A stretch of 60,664 nucleotides of DNA, filler included. It is 4 parts of 4 records of this genome, joined end to end, with 100 filler letters (N's around TTAATTAATTAA, not from the genome) between each part and the next. Parts side by side here need not be neighbours in the genome. Positions count along the whole stretch, not along the records: positions 20,023 to 28,680 come from SRR20825019_1047; positions 28,781 to 54,858 come from SRR20825019_1056; 2 more parts are not named here. One strand, written 5' to 3'. Made by a program: the position numbers and the translations under genes. The notes under the pieces are model-generated. The model did not search any database. It was not told the DNA's origin and saw only the letters and a program-made list of their open reading frames with translations. Positions 23,857 to 33,082 of the stretch are shown here, in pieces. How positions within the stretch are numbered: position 1 is the stretch's first letter; every line of letters begins with the position of its first letter.

Positions 23857-24927
23857 ATGTTAAAGACGTTTTTCAAAACACTTTCGTTTGCCGCCGTCCT
23901 TTCTGCCTCTTTGGCTTCCCTACCCGCCCACGCCGAACAAAAGTCCGATTTCAAAGTCTGCTGGTCGATCTATGTCGGCTGGATGCCGTGGGGGTATCTG
24001 CAGGATAGCGGCATCATGAAAAAATGGGCCGACAAATACGACATCTCGGTCGATATCGTGCAGATCAACGATTACGTTGAATCGATCAATCAATACACCG
24101 CTGGCGAATATGACGGCTGCTCAATGACCAATATGGACGCGCTTTCGATCCCGGCCGGTGGCGGGATTGATACCACCGCCCTGATTGTTGGCGATTATTC
24201 CAACGGCAATGACGGCATCATCCTGAAAAACGCAACTGACCTTGCCGCCATCAAGGGGCAAAACGTCAATCTGGTTGAACTTTCCGTCTCCCATTACCTG
24301 CTGGCGCGTGCACTTGAAAAGGTCGGCCTGTCCGAACAGGACGTCACGGTCGTGAATACATCCGACGCCGACATGATCGCGACCTATGCCACTGACGATG
24401 TGACATCGGTCGTGACATGGAATCCGCTTCTGTCGGAAATTGCCGCCAACGATAACGCGACACTCGTCTTTGATAGTGCGGGTATCCCCGGCGAAATCAT
24501 CGATATCATGATGGTCAACACCGAAACCCTTGCCGACAATCCAGCATTCGGCAAGGCACTGGTTGGCGCATGGTATGAATTGATGGGCATCATGGCATCC
24601 GACACCGACGAAGGCATTGCCGCACGCACCGCGATGGCCGAAGCATCAGGCACCGATCTTGCCGGATACGATGCCCAGCTTGCCAGCACGGCGATGTTCT
24701 TTACCCCGGACAAGGCGGTTGAATTCACCAAATCGGCCGAGCTTTCCGAAACCATGAAATTCGTCGCCGAATTCCTGTTCGACAAGGGCATCCTTGGTGA
24801 AGGCGCACCAAGCCCGGAATTCGTCGGCGTCAGCTTCCCGGATGGCAGCATCTATGGCGATAGCACCAATGTGAAGCTGAAATTTGACACGACCTATATG
24901 GAGATGGCCACCAAGGGCGAGCTTTAA
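23857..24927 (+). CDS. ABC transporter substrate-binding protein, guanidine-type (often annotated 'putative urea')
   Basis: Signal peptide; FKVCWSIYVGWMPW, INDYVESINQYTAG, DYSNGNDG; RBS AGGAG; directly under the riboswitch. Confidence 0.88.
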   Translation: MLKTFFKTLSFAAVLSASLASLPAHAEQKSDFKVCWSIYVGWMPWGYLQDSGIMKKWADKYDISVDIVQINDYVESINQYTAGEYDGCSMTNMDALSIPAGGGIDTTALIVGDYSNGNDGIILKNATDLAAIKGQNVNLVELSVSHYLLARALEKVGLSEQDVTVVNTSDADMIATYATDDVTSVVTWNPLLSEIAANDNATLVFDSAGIPGEIIDIMMVNTETLADNPAFGKALVGAWYELMGIMASDTDEGIAARTAMAEASGTDLAGYDAQLASTAMFFTPDKAVEFTKSAELSETMKFVAEFLFDKGILGEGAPSPEFVGVSFPDGSIYGDSTNVKLKFDTTYMEMATKGEL

Positions 24928-24972
24928 AACCGTGTATTAGCCACGCCACCAAGCGCTTCGCTGATTAACTCT

Positions 24973-25032
24973 GTCGGCCATCCGGCCTTGTAACATTCGT
25001 TGCACCAGTTGCATCAGGTTCGGATGGCCGAC
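24973..25032. repeat. Intercistronic stem-loop
   Basis: GTCGGCCATCCG ... CGGATGGCCGAC perfect 12-bp arms between the SBP and permease genes. Confidence 0.7.
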
Positions 25033-25092
25033 CTTTCAGATTTTTGCCCGTCTTGACCACTGCCCCGTTTTTGCAATTGCAAGGTGACGGCC

Positions 25093-25914
25093 ATGCGTAT
25101 CATCAATCGCACCCTTTCCCGGCGTGCAGCCATATTGCTGGGCTCGATCCCGTTTGCGCTTTTGATCGGGGCCTATGCCATCGCAAGCCATCTGCGCCGG
25201 ATCGATAATCCGGCCGACAAGCTTTTGCCGTCGCTTGGCAGTATGGGGGATGCGATCTGGCGCATGGGGTTCGAGGCCGACAAACGGTCGGGCGATTACC
25301 TTCTGTGGCTTGATACGATCGATAGCCTGTCGCGCCTTGCGGTCGGCATTTTCATTTCCACCCTGCTTGCCATCGGGCTTGGCATTTCCATCGGCTTCAT
25401 TCCGCATATCAGGCGCGGTCTGGCACCCTTTGTCGCCACCCTGTCCCTGATCCCTCCAATCACCATCCTGCCGATCCTGTTCATCATTTTCGGATTGGGC
25501 GAGACTTCCAAGGTAATGCTGATCGCGATTGGCACCGCCCCGGTCATGATCAGGACAATCGCGCAGGCGGTGATGGATATCCCGCGCGAACTGATCATCA
25601 AGGCTGAAACGCTGGGCGCCTCGACCTGGCAAATGATCACGCGTGTGGTTTTGCCGCAAGTCATGCCAAAACTGATCACTGCCATCCGGCTTGGCCTTGT
25701 CCCGGCATGGATTTTCCTGATTTCCGCCGAGGCCATCGCATCAACCAGCGGCCTTGGCTATCGCATCTTTCTGGTGCGTCGTTACCTCGCGATGGATGTG
25801 ATCCTGCCTTATGTCGCTTGGATCACGCTTCTGGCCTTTATTCTTGACCGGTTGCTGTTGATGGCATCGCGCAAGGCTTTCCCTTGGAACCACCTTTCGG
25901 GGGATAGCCTGTGA
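25093..25914 (+). CDS. ABC transporter permease (SsuC/TauC-like)
   Basis: Hydrophobic; EAA loop IKAETLGAS; WIFLISAEAI. Confidence 0.9.
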   Translation: MRIINRTLSRRAAILLGSIPFALLIGAYAIASHLRRIDNPADKLLPSLGSMGDAIWRMGFEADKRSGDYLLWLDTIDSLSRLAVGIFISTLLAIGLGISIGFIPHIRRGLAPFVATLSLIPPITILPILFIIFGLGETSKVMLIAIGTAPVMIRTIAQAVMDIPRELIIKAETLGASTWQMITRVVLPQVMPKLITAIRLGLVPAWIFLISAEAIASTSGLGYRIFLVRRYLAMDVILPYVAWITLLAFILDRLLLMASRKAFPWNHLSGDSL

Positions 25915-26732
25915 TGCGCGACCCGAAATTCATGATCCGCAACCTGACCAAGTCTTACGGCGAATATCCGGTGCTTGAACGCATCAATCTGGATATCGAA
26001 GCCGGGGCTTTTTGCACGCTGGTCGGGGCATCGGGCTGTGGCAAATCGACCTTTTTACGCATGCTGCTGTCCCAGGAGCTGCCAAGCAGCGGCGATATCC
26101 TGATGGATGGCGCACCACTGCCGCAACAACCCACCCCTGATCGCGGCATTGTCTTTCAACGCTATTCGGTTTTTCCGCATCTGACCGTTGCTGAAAACCT
26201 CATGATCGGCGCGGAATTTGCCGCCCGCAAACTGACCGGGCGCCTGTTTGGTCGCGCGCGCAAGAAGGCCCGCGATGATGTTGCCGAACTACTTGAAACC
26301 ATCGGCCTGTCACCAGCGGCCAACAAATATCCAAGTCAGCTTTCGGGCGGCATGCAGCAACGCCTTGCCATTGCTCAGGCCCTGACAATGAAACCCAGCG
26401 TGCTGCTGCTGGACGAGCCATTTGGCGCGCTTGATCCGGGTATTCGCAATGACATGCATGAATTGCTGCTGGACCTGTGGAAGGCGCATGACATGACGAT
26501 CTTCATGGTCACGCACGACATCCACGAGGCCTTCAAACTCGGCACCCGGATGCTGGTATTTGACAAGTTGCGCGATGATCCGCACGCGCCAGAAGCCTAT
26601 GGCGCGACCATCACATACGACCTGCCGATTGACCTGTCTGCCGCACCGCTTCCCGGTGCCAATGGCGAAACCGATGAAACCGACGGCATGAATTTCTCGG
26701 CCGCCCTGATGGCGACCGCGCCGGTTCCCTGA
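25911..26732 (+). CDS. ABC transporter ATP-binding protein
   Basis: GASGCGKST, LSGGMQQR, LLLDEPF; GTGA overlap with the permease. Confidence 0.93.
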   Translation: MMRDPKFMIRNLTKSYGEYPVLERINLDIEAGAFCTLVGASGCGKSTFLRMLLSQELPSSGDILMDGAPLPQQPTPDRGIVFQRYSVFPHLTVAENLMIGAEFAARKLTGRLFGRARKKARDDVAELLETIGLSPAANKYPSQLSGGMQQRLAIAQALTMKPSVLLLDEPFGALDPGIRNDMHELLLDLWKAHDMTIFMVTHDIHEAFKLGTRMLVFDKLRDDPHAPEAYGATITYDLPIDLSAAPLPGANGETDETDGMNFSAALMATAPVP

Positions 26733-26787
26733 TTTCAAACCCGAAAGCCACCCCAACAAAGACTGACGCAACCCGAAGGAAACAACT

Positions 26788-28026
26788 ATGCGCGATTTCT
26801 TTGCCCCCCAAAATGTCCGCCGACATCGCGTGGCCGGAACATTGCCCTCCCCCGCCGCAACCCGTCACCACCACCCGAATTTCGACAAGCTGCAATTGCG
26901 TGGTTGGAAATCGGCGGAAAAAGAAGCCTTGCTGCCATCTGCCGCTTGGGAAAAGGAAAAGCAGTGGGCGCTTCGCATGGGTTTGACCGGCTCGGATTGC
27001 CTGACCGATAAATCGATCCCGACCTTTGCCCGGGGCGAACTGCCCCATTATGCCGGGATCAACACGTTTCTGAAGGCACCCTATATCGAAGACGTCACCA
27101 AGGTCGGTGCCTATGACGCGGCGGTTATAGGCATCCCGTTTGATGGCGGCACGACATACCGCCCCGGCACGCGTTTCGGCCCGCAGGGGGTTCGCAAGAT
27201 ATCCGCCCTTTACACGCCCTATAACTATGAAATGGGGGTCGATCTTCGCGAACAGATGACGCTTTGCGATGTAGGTGATGTTTTCACCATCCCGGCCAAT
27301 ATCGAAAAAACCTTTGATCAGATTACGCGCGCGGTCAGCCACGTTGCATCCAGTGGCGCACTGCCGATCATGATCGGCGGCGATCATTCCATCGGTTTCC
27401 CGTGCGTGCGTGGCATTGCGCAATGCACATCCAAACGTATCGGCATCGTGCATTTCGACCGCCATATCGACATTCAGGAAAAAGACCTTGATGAACGCAT
27501 GCACACCACGCCGTGGTTCCATGCCACCGATCTGGTCAATGTTCCGGCGGTGAACCTTGTGCAGGTCGGCATTGGCGGCTGGCAGGTGCCGCGCGAAGGG
27601 GTCGAAGTTGCACGCAATCGCAATACCAACATCTTCACCATGCGCGATGTCGAGGAACTTGGCCTTGCCGAAACCGCCGCGCGCGCGCTTGAACTGGCAT
27701 GGAAGGATGCAGATGCGGTCTATATCTCGTTTGATATCGACAGTGTCGATTGCGGGTTCGTTCCGGGTACCGGTTGGCCCGAACCTGGCGGTTTCCTGCC
27801 GCGCGAGGCATTGGAGCTTGTATCGCTTGTCGCGGCAGAGGGAATTTGCGGCCTTGAAGTCGTTGAAGTTTCGCCGCCCTATGATTGCTCGGACATTACC
27901 GCCCTGCTGGCAACGCGCGTGATTGTCGATGTGCTGGGTACACTGGTGTCACATGGCAAAATGGGATCGCATCGCGGCATCATCGACAAACCGGTCACCA
28001 TCCCCGCCGGCCCGGATGTGGAGTAA
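26788..28026 (+). CDS. gdmH: Guanidine hydrolase (Ni-dependent, arginase/agmatinase family)
   Basis: Metal motifs GGDHS, HFDRHID, SFDIDSVD; strings I recognise from Synechocystis GdmH (SIPTFARGELPHYAGINTF, YTPYNYEMGVDLREQ, DLDERMHT, GTGWPEPGG); riboswitch context. Confidence 0.88.
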   Translation: MRDFFAPQNVRRHRVAGTLPSPAATRHHHPNFDKLQLRGWKSAEKEALLPSAAWEKEKQWALRMGLTGSDCLTDKSIPTFARGELPHYAGINTFLKAPYIEDVTKVGAYDAAVIGIPFDGGTTYRPGTRFGPQGVRKISALYTPYNYEMGVDLREQMTLCDVGDVFTIPANIEKTFDQITRAVSHVASSGALPIMIGGDHSIGFPCVRGIAQCTSKRIGIVHFDRHIDIQEKDLDERMHTTPWFHATDLVNVPAVNLVQVGIGGWQVPREGVEVARNRNTNIFTMRDVEELGLAETAARALELAWKDADAVYISFDIDSVDCGFVPGTGWPEPGGFLPREALELVSLVAAEGICGLEVVEVSPPYDCSDITALLATRVIVDVLGTLVSHGKMGSHRGIIDKPVTIPAGPDVE

Positions 28027-28030
28027 CCAG

Positions 28031-28537
28031 ATGCCCCATGATCATCACGATAACGGCCACAACCATTCTCACGGACCGGGGCATAATCACGCCCCGGACC
28101 ACGATCACCTGCATTCCCATGTCCACGGCCAAAGCGACGCCGACCATGCCGAGGAATTACAGGTCCTGTCCTCAAGCTTCGTCGAAGGCTTCCGCAAAGC
28201 CGATGACAAGGCAAGCTACCTTCGCCTTGCCGATATCCCGTTTCAAAAGATCGGCAAGGATGGCCTGACCATGCATCTGGTCGATGCCAAAATCACAACC
28301 AACTGGCAAATCGGCACCGCCTGCCCGGCCTTTGCTACCCGCGAACTGGCTTATCTGCCGTTCCCCGGCAGCATGATCGAGGAACGCGAAACCATGACAT
28401 TCACCTATGTGTCGATGACCGAACGGGCCGATATCGACCTGCTAAGCTTCATGGCCGCACGCTTTGGGCATGGGCACAAACATGGACACGATCATCACGA
28501 TCAAAGTCATGACCACCCGCATCACCATCAAATCTAA
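28031..28537 (+). CDS. Small protein with His-rich N- and C-termini, candidate Ni-binding accessory factor
   Basis: ATG 4 nt after the gdmH stop; MPHDHHDNGHNHSHGPGHNH...core...GHGHKHGHDHHDQSHDHPHHHQI. Confidence 0.8.
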   Translation: MPHDHHDNGHNHSHGPGHNHAPDHDHLHSHVHGQSDADHAEELQVLSSSFVEGFRKADDKASYLRLADIPFQKIGKDGLTMHLVDAKITTNWQIGTACPAFATRELAYLPFPGSMIEERETMTFTYVSMTERADIDLLSFMAARFGHGHKHGHDHHDQSHDHPHHHQI

Positions 28538-28542
28538 ACGTC

Positions 28543-28570
28543 AAAGGGCGCGGATCAAAACGCGCCCTTT
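28543..28570 (+). terminator. Rho-independent terminator closing the guanidine operon
   Basis: AAAGGGCGCG-GATCAAAA-CGCGCCCTTT followed by T-rich sequence. Confidence 0.75.
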
Positions 28571-28680
28571 GCCATTTTATCGCCTGAACCAACCGTCACG
28601 CATGCTGGCTGCGTACGCCGGATTTGAACAGTTTATAGGTGATCGAATCCCGAAGCGCGTTATAGGACGCCTCGATAATG

Positions 28681-28780
28681 NNNNNNNNNNNNNNNNNNNN
28701 NNNNNNNNNNNNNNNNNNNNNNNNTTAATTAATTAANNNNNNNNNNNNNNNNNNNNNNNNNNNNNNNNNNNNNNNNNNNN
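28681..28780. other. Artificial contig spacer
   Basis: N44-TTAATTAATTAA-N44. Confidence 0.98.
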
Positions 28781-29162
28781 GCCAGGCGTCGAAATCGACA
28801 TAGTCCTCGACCGGACGCAGCAGGCCGGACTGCGACCACGGGCCGATATCTTCGTGGCCCGAGATGATGATGTTGGGCGCGTTGCCTGCCTCGGCGGCCA
28901 AGGTTACGGCCTGCTTGAAGTCGTCCCAGCCGGACCAGGCCTGGGTCTCCACAGTGATGTTGAGCTCTTCGCCGCGAATGGCGGCTTCCCGCTCGAGAAT
29001 GTCGGCTGCCAGGACAATGTTGTCATAGCGATAGTTGCTGGTGTCGCCGGTCCCGCCAGCCCAAACGGTGATGGAGTAGTCTTCAGCCTGCGCAGCAAGC
29101 ATGGTGCCCGAGAGCAGCATTGCCGTGGTGGCGAGCAGTTTCGTCGTCTTGAGAATGGTCAT
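28781..29162 (-). CDS. Sugar ABC extracellular solute-binding protein, 5' part (truncated by contig edge)
   Basis: Signal peptide MTILKTTKLL...AAQA; ITVWAG; AAEAGNAPNII...GLLRPVEDY. Confidence 0.75.
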
Positions 29163-29402
29163 GTTTGAAGCCCCGATAATGCGTCGGATGAATGTCGTTG
29201 CACGCGCGTGCAATGCTTCTTTAGAGGAGGCTTGTGACAGGCGAATAACAGCCGCATGGATGCTCGTGCCGTTTTCGAAAAATGTGGGAGGAGACAGGCG
29301 GCGTCAGGTGGCCGTCTTGTGCAGTCCTGAACAAATTCTATTATTTGCAATGGGTTAAGTGCCTTGACCGGGCGAAGGCGTCCGTCAAGGCAATGGTTGC
29401 CC

Positions 29403-29450
29403 TTGACTCTCATTGCGCTTGAATCAATAGTTCGGTCAGTCACCGAACTA
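29403..29450 (+). promoter_or_regulatory. sigma70-like promoter with overlapping palindromic operator
   Basis: TTGACT-17 nt-AATAGT; perfect inverted repeat TAGTTCGGT-CAGTC-ACCGAACTA (29428-29450) just before the ROK gene. Confidence 0.65.
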
Positions 29451-29464
29451 ATTAAGGCGTCGAC

Positions 29465-30679
29465 GTGAGCCAGGCCATTCGAATTTCGCGGCAGTTTTCC
29501 CTTCGCTCTGTCATGGAGGCGATCGTGCAGGGCGGCTCCGTGTCTCGCGCTTCGCTGTCCAAGCAGACGGGCCTGTCCAAGCAGACCATTTCGGAAATCA
29601 TGCGCCAGCTCGAAGACGAAGGCTGGGTGCAGGAGACCGGCCGCACCAGCGGGCATGTCGGGCGTACGGCGGTCACCTATGAACTGGTACCCTCGGCGGC
29701 CTATATCGCGGCGGTCGATCTGGGTGGCACCAAGGTGCGCGTCGCCATTTGCGATTTGTCCAGCCATGTCCTCGCCGAAGTGACCGAGCCGACTCATTCG
29801 GCCGGCGGGCAATCCGTGGTCGCGCAGATTGTCCAGCTCTGCTGGCAGGCGGCGGAGCTGGGTGGCGTGCCGCGCGACAAGCTGCGCATTGCGGTGGTGG
29901 GCGCCCCAGGGGCACCCCAGCCGGAAACCGGGCGCGTCATGCTGGCTCCCAATATTGCCGGTTTTGACCAGATGGACGTCGCTGGGGCGCTGGAGTCTGC
30001 GCTCGGTTTCGAGGCTATGCTGGAAAACGACGTCAACCTGGCAGTGCTTGGTGAGAGTTGGCTTGGCGTGGGTCAGGGCGTCGACAATCTGGCCTTCATC
30101 GCCCTGGGTACGGGTGTGGGCAGCGGTCTGATGCTGAACGGACAATTGGTGCGGGGCGCTACCAATGCGGCTGGCGAGCTGGGCTTCCTGCCTTTTGGCG
30201 CCGACCCGTTCGAGGCGGAATCGCTGCGGGCCGGCGCGTTTGAGCGCGTCGTTGCCTCCCACGGCATCATGGCGCGCTATCGCGATGCCGTGGGGCACGA
30301 CGCCACGGTCCCAGCTATTTTCGAGAAGGCCAATGCGGGTGACGCCGACGCGATCAAGGTGCTCGACGATACGGCGCGCTACCTGGCGCGCGGTATCGGC
30401 GCCATCGCTGCCATGGCCAATCCACAAAAGGTCATTCTGGGTGGCTCCATCGGAGCGCGGCCTGAACTGGTCGAGCGGGTCCGGCAGGTGCTGCCGCTCT
30501 GCTTTCCCTACCCGGTCGAGGTCGAGGCCAGCGTCCTGGGCAATCACGCTGCCCTGGTGGGTGCTGCGGCAATCGGGCTGAGCCATCTGCACAATACGCT
30601 GTTCGGCACGGAAACGCCGGAAGCGCGCATCTCGCTGCCGCCCGCCAATGCCGCATCGATGCGCGAGGTGCTCAAATGA
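29465..30679 (+). CDS. ROK-family transcriptional regulator
   Basis: HTH SRASLSKQTGLSKQTIS; VDLGGT, ENDVNLA, GTGVGSG, AGELG. Confidence 0.92.
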   Translation: MSQAIRISRQFSLRSVMEAIVQGGSVSRASLSKQTGLSKQTISEIMRQLEDEGWVQETGRTSGHVGRTAVTYELVPSAAYIAAVDLGGTKVRVAICDLSSHVLAEVTEPTHSAGGQSVVAQIVQLCWQAAELGGVPRDKLRIAVVGAPGAPQPETGRVMLAPNIAGFDQMDVAGALESALGFEAMLENDVNLAVLGESWLGVGQGVDNLAFIALGTGVGSGLMLNGQLVRGATNAAGELGFLPFGADPFEAESLRAGAFERVVASHGIMARYRDAVGHDATVPAIFEKANAGDADAIKVLDDTARYLARGIGAIAAMANPQKVILGGSIGARPELVERVRQVLPLCFPYPVEVEASVLGNHAALVGAAAIGLSHLHNTLFGTETPEARISLPPANAASMREVLK

Positions 30680-31935
30680 GTGAGACCTTGCACAACCGGC
30701 TGCTGGCCGGGCTGGATCGGGACGACGCCATTGATCTGTTGCGCGGTGCGATCGGGTGCAACAGCGTCACCGGCAACGAGGCCAGCATGGTGGCCTATCT
30801 CGATGGGCAGATGCGGGGGCGTGGCCTTGCCGATATCGAGATCGCAGAGTTCCTGCCGGGGCGGCCCAATATCTGGGGTCGCCGCAAGGGCTCGGGCGGC
30901 GGCAAGCGTCTGCAGTTCATCGGTCATACCGATACGGTGCATGTCGAGGGCTGGCGCGAACATTGGGCGGGCGACGAACGTGAAGACCCACTTGGCGCGC
31001 CGATCATCGATGGTGAAATCTGGGGGCGCGGCGCGGGTGATCTCAAGGCCGGCATCTGCTCGAGCCTGGCGGCGATAAGCCTGCTCGACCGGGCCGGCAT
31101 CCGGCTCAAGGGCGATGTGGATTTCGCCTTTGTAGGCGACGAGGAAAGTGGCGAGCTGGGCAGTGGGGTGTCTGCCGGGGTCAAGGCGCATGTGGCGCGC
31201 ATCGCGGCGGGCGAACTGCCGCGCCCCGACTTCGTGGTCTATACCGAGCCCACGCGGCTGGCGGTCTATCCGGCACAGATCGGCTTTTTCATCGCCGACA
31301 TCACCCTTACCGGAAAATCGGCCTATTTCGGTGTGCCCGAGCTTGGGCGCGACGCGCTCAAGGCCGGCCACAAGGTGATGAGTGCGCTCTGGGCGCATTC
31401 GGACGCGATTTCTGCGCGTGCCGAACATGCGCTGGTGGGCAAGGGGTTCCTGCTCATCACCACCCTCAATGGTGGCGGTTTCATAGCTGTGCCGGAGCGC
31501 TGCACGCTGTCCCTGATCCGCAAACTGCTGCCGGGCGAGAGCCTGGATGCGGCGGCCCAGGAGCTGGAAGAGGTCATTCGTTGTGCGGTGACCGACCCCG
31601 AGATTGCCGTTGAAATCGCCTATCCGGCCGGGCGCGATCACGCCCTGGGCGGCACGGCAGCAGAGATCGATCTGGATCATCCGGCCCTTGCCTTGCTGCA
31701 AGAGAGCGTCGGGCAGGCAATGTCCGGTCGCGGTGGCGTCGAGGGGGCGCCGTTCTGGTCGGAAACCCCGTTCTTCGTGAACGGGCTGGGTATCCCCGCC
31801 GTCTATTGCGCGCCTGGGGACATTCGCAACTGCCACACATTCGAAGAGCGCGTCAGCGTCGAGGAATATCTCGCCGGGGTCGTGGGCTTCGCTGGTTTCA
31901 TCGCCCGCTATTGCGGGGTGGAAGACGAAAACTAG
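30676..31935 (+). CDS. M20 metallopeptidase / ArgE-DapE-like deacylase
   Basis: GHTDTV, GRGAGDLKAG, DEESG, terminal CHTFEE. Confidence 0.9.
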   Translation: MSETLHNRLLAGLDRDDAIDLLRGAIGCNSVTGNEASMVAYLDGQMRGRGLADIEIAEFLPGRPNIWGRRKGSGGGKRLQFIGHTDTVHVEGWREHWAGDEREDPLGAPIIDGEIWGRGAGDLKAGICSSLAAISLLDRAGIRLKGDVDFAFVGDEESGELGSGVSAGVKAHVARIAAGELPRPDFVVYTEPTRLAVYPAQIGFFIADITLTGKSAYFGVPELGRDALKAGHKVMSALWAHSDAISARAEHALVGKGFLLITTLNGGGFIAVPERCTLSLIRKLLPGESLDAAAQELEEVIRCAVTDPEIAVEIAYPAGRDHALGGTAAEIDLDHPALALLQESVGQAMSGRGGVEGAPFWSETPFFVNGLGIPAVYCAPGDIRNCHTFEERVSVEEYLAGVVGFAGFIARYCGVEDEN

Positions 31936-31957
31936 GGAATTTTCAATCAAGGGAGAT

Positions 31958-33022
31958 ATGAACATGAAGACCACGACAAAACTGGCGACGGCCCTGCTGG
32001 CCGCAACGCTGCTCCATCCGGTTGCGGGCTTTGCCCAGACCGTGGGGCCGAATGGCGAAAGCGCCACGCCGTCCTCCGACGTTGTTCTTAGCGATGAGGA
32101 TATCGCGGCCCTTTCGGGCCAGGGCTACAAGGCGGCGCTGCTCTGGCACACCTCGTCAGATTTCATCAACGCGGTTTCGGCCGGTGCCAATGATGAGTTT
32201 GCGCGCGCCGGCGTCGAGGTCGTCGTGACCACCGATGCCGGGTTCGACGCCGCCAAGCAGCGCTCCGACATCGAGACGGCCCTGTCGGCCGGCCCCAATG
32301 TCATCCTGTCGCTACCGCTTGATCCCGTGACTTCGGCTGCTGCCTTCAGGGAAGCCGTGGAGTCGGATGTGGAACTGGTGTTCCTCTCCAACCTGCCGGC
32401 CGACTATGTGCATGGCACGGACTATGCCGCCATCGTCACCGACGATCTGTTCCAGATGGGCAAACAGGCGGCCGACGTGCTGGCCGAGGCCATTGGGGGC
32501 GAAGGCGAGGTGGGCTATATCTTCCACGACGCCAGCTACTACGTGACCAATCAGCGCGATCAGGCGTTCAAGACGACGATCGAGACCGACTATCCCGATA
32601 TTTCGATTGTCGCCGAGCAGGGCATTTCCGATCCGGCGCGTGCCGAGGAACTGGCCAGCGCGATGCTGCTGCAGAACCCCGAGCTCGACGGCATCTATGT
32701 GACTTGGGCCGAACCGGCCGATGGGGTACTGGCCGCGCTGCGCGGTGCCGGCAACACCGAAACCAAGGTCGTCACGCTCGACCTCTCAGAGCCTATTGCG
32801 CTCGACATGGTGCGCGGTGGCAATGTCGCTGGTATCGTAGCCGATGAGGCTTATGAACTGGGCCGCGCCATGGCTGCGGTTGGACTCAAGGCTCTGCTGG
32901 ACCAGGAAACGCCGGCTTTTGTGGTGGCGCCCGCGCTGACCGTCACGGCCGACAACGTGGCCGAAGGCTGGCAGCAGTCGCTGCGTCGCGACGCACCCGC
33001 TTCGGTTTTGGCCGCACAGTAA
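31958..33022 (+). CDS. RbsB-like sugar ABC substrate-binding protein
   Basis: Signal peptide; periplasmic binding protein type 1 pattern (TTDAGFDAAKQRSDIE, DDLFQMG). Confidence 0.88.
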   Translation: MNMKTTTKLATALLAATLLHPVAGFAQTVGPNGESATPSSDVVLSDEDIAALSGQGYKAALLWHTSSDFINAVSAGANDEFARAGVEVVVTTDAGFDAAKQRSDIETALSAGPNVILSLPLDPVTSAAAFREAVESDVELVFLSNLPADYVHGTDYAAIVTDDLFQMGKQAADVLAEAIGGEGEVGYIFHDASYYVTNQRDQAFKTTIETDYPDISIVAEQGISDPARAEELASAMLLQNPELDGIYVTWAEPADGVLAALRGAGNTETKVVTLDLSEPIALDMVRGGNVAGIVADEAYELGRAMAAVGLKALLDQETPAFVVAPALTVTADNVAEGWQQSLRRDAPASVLAAQ

Positions 33023-33082
33023 TCTCTCCCGGGGCGGGGGCAATCGTGCTCCCGCCTCAACCCCGATTTTCACGAGGCCGCC

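Noticed and set aside
26788-28026. Plain agmatinase (speB) with a urea transporter
   Set aside because: GdmH-type N-terminal extension, Trp in GTGWPEPGG and the guanidine riboswitch point to guanidine.
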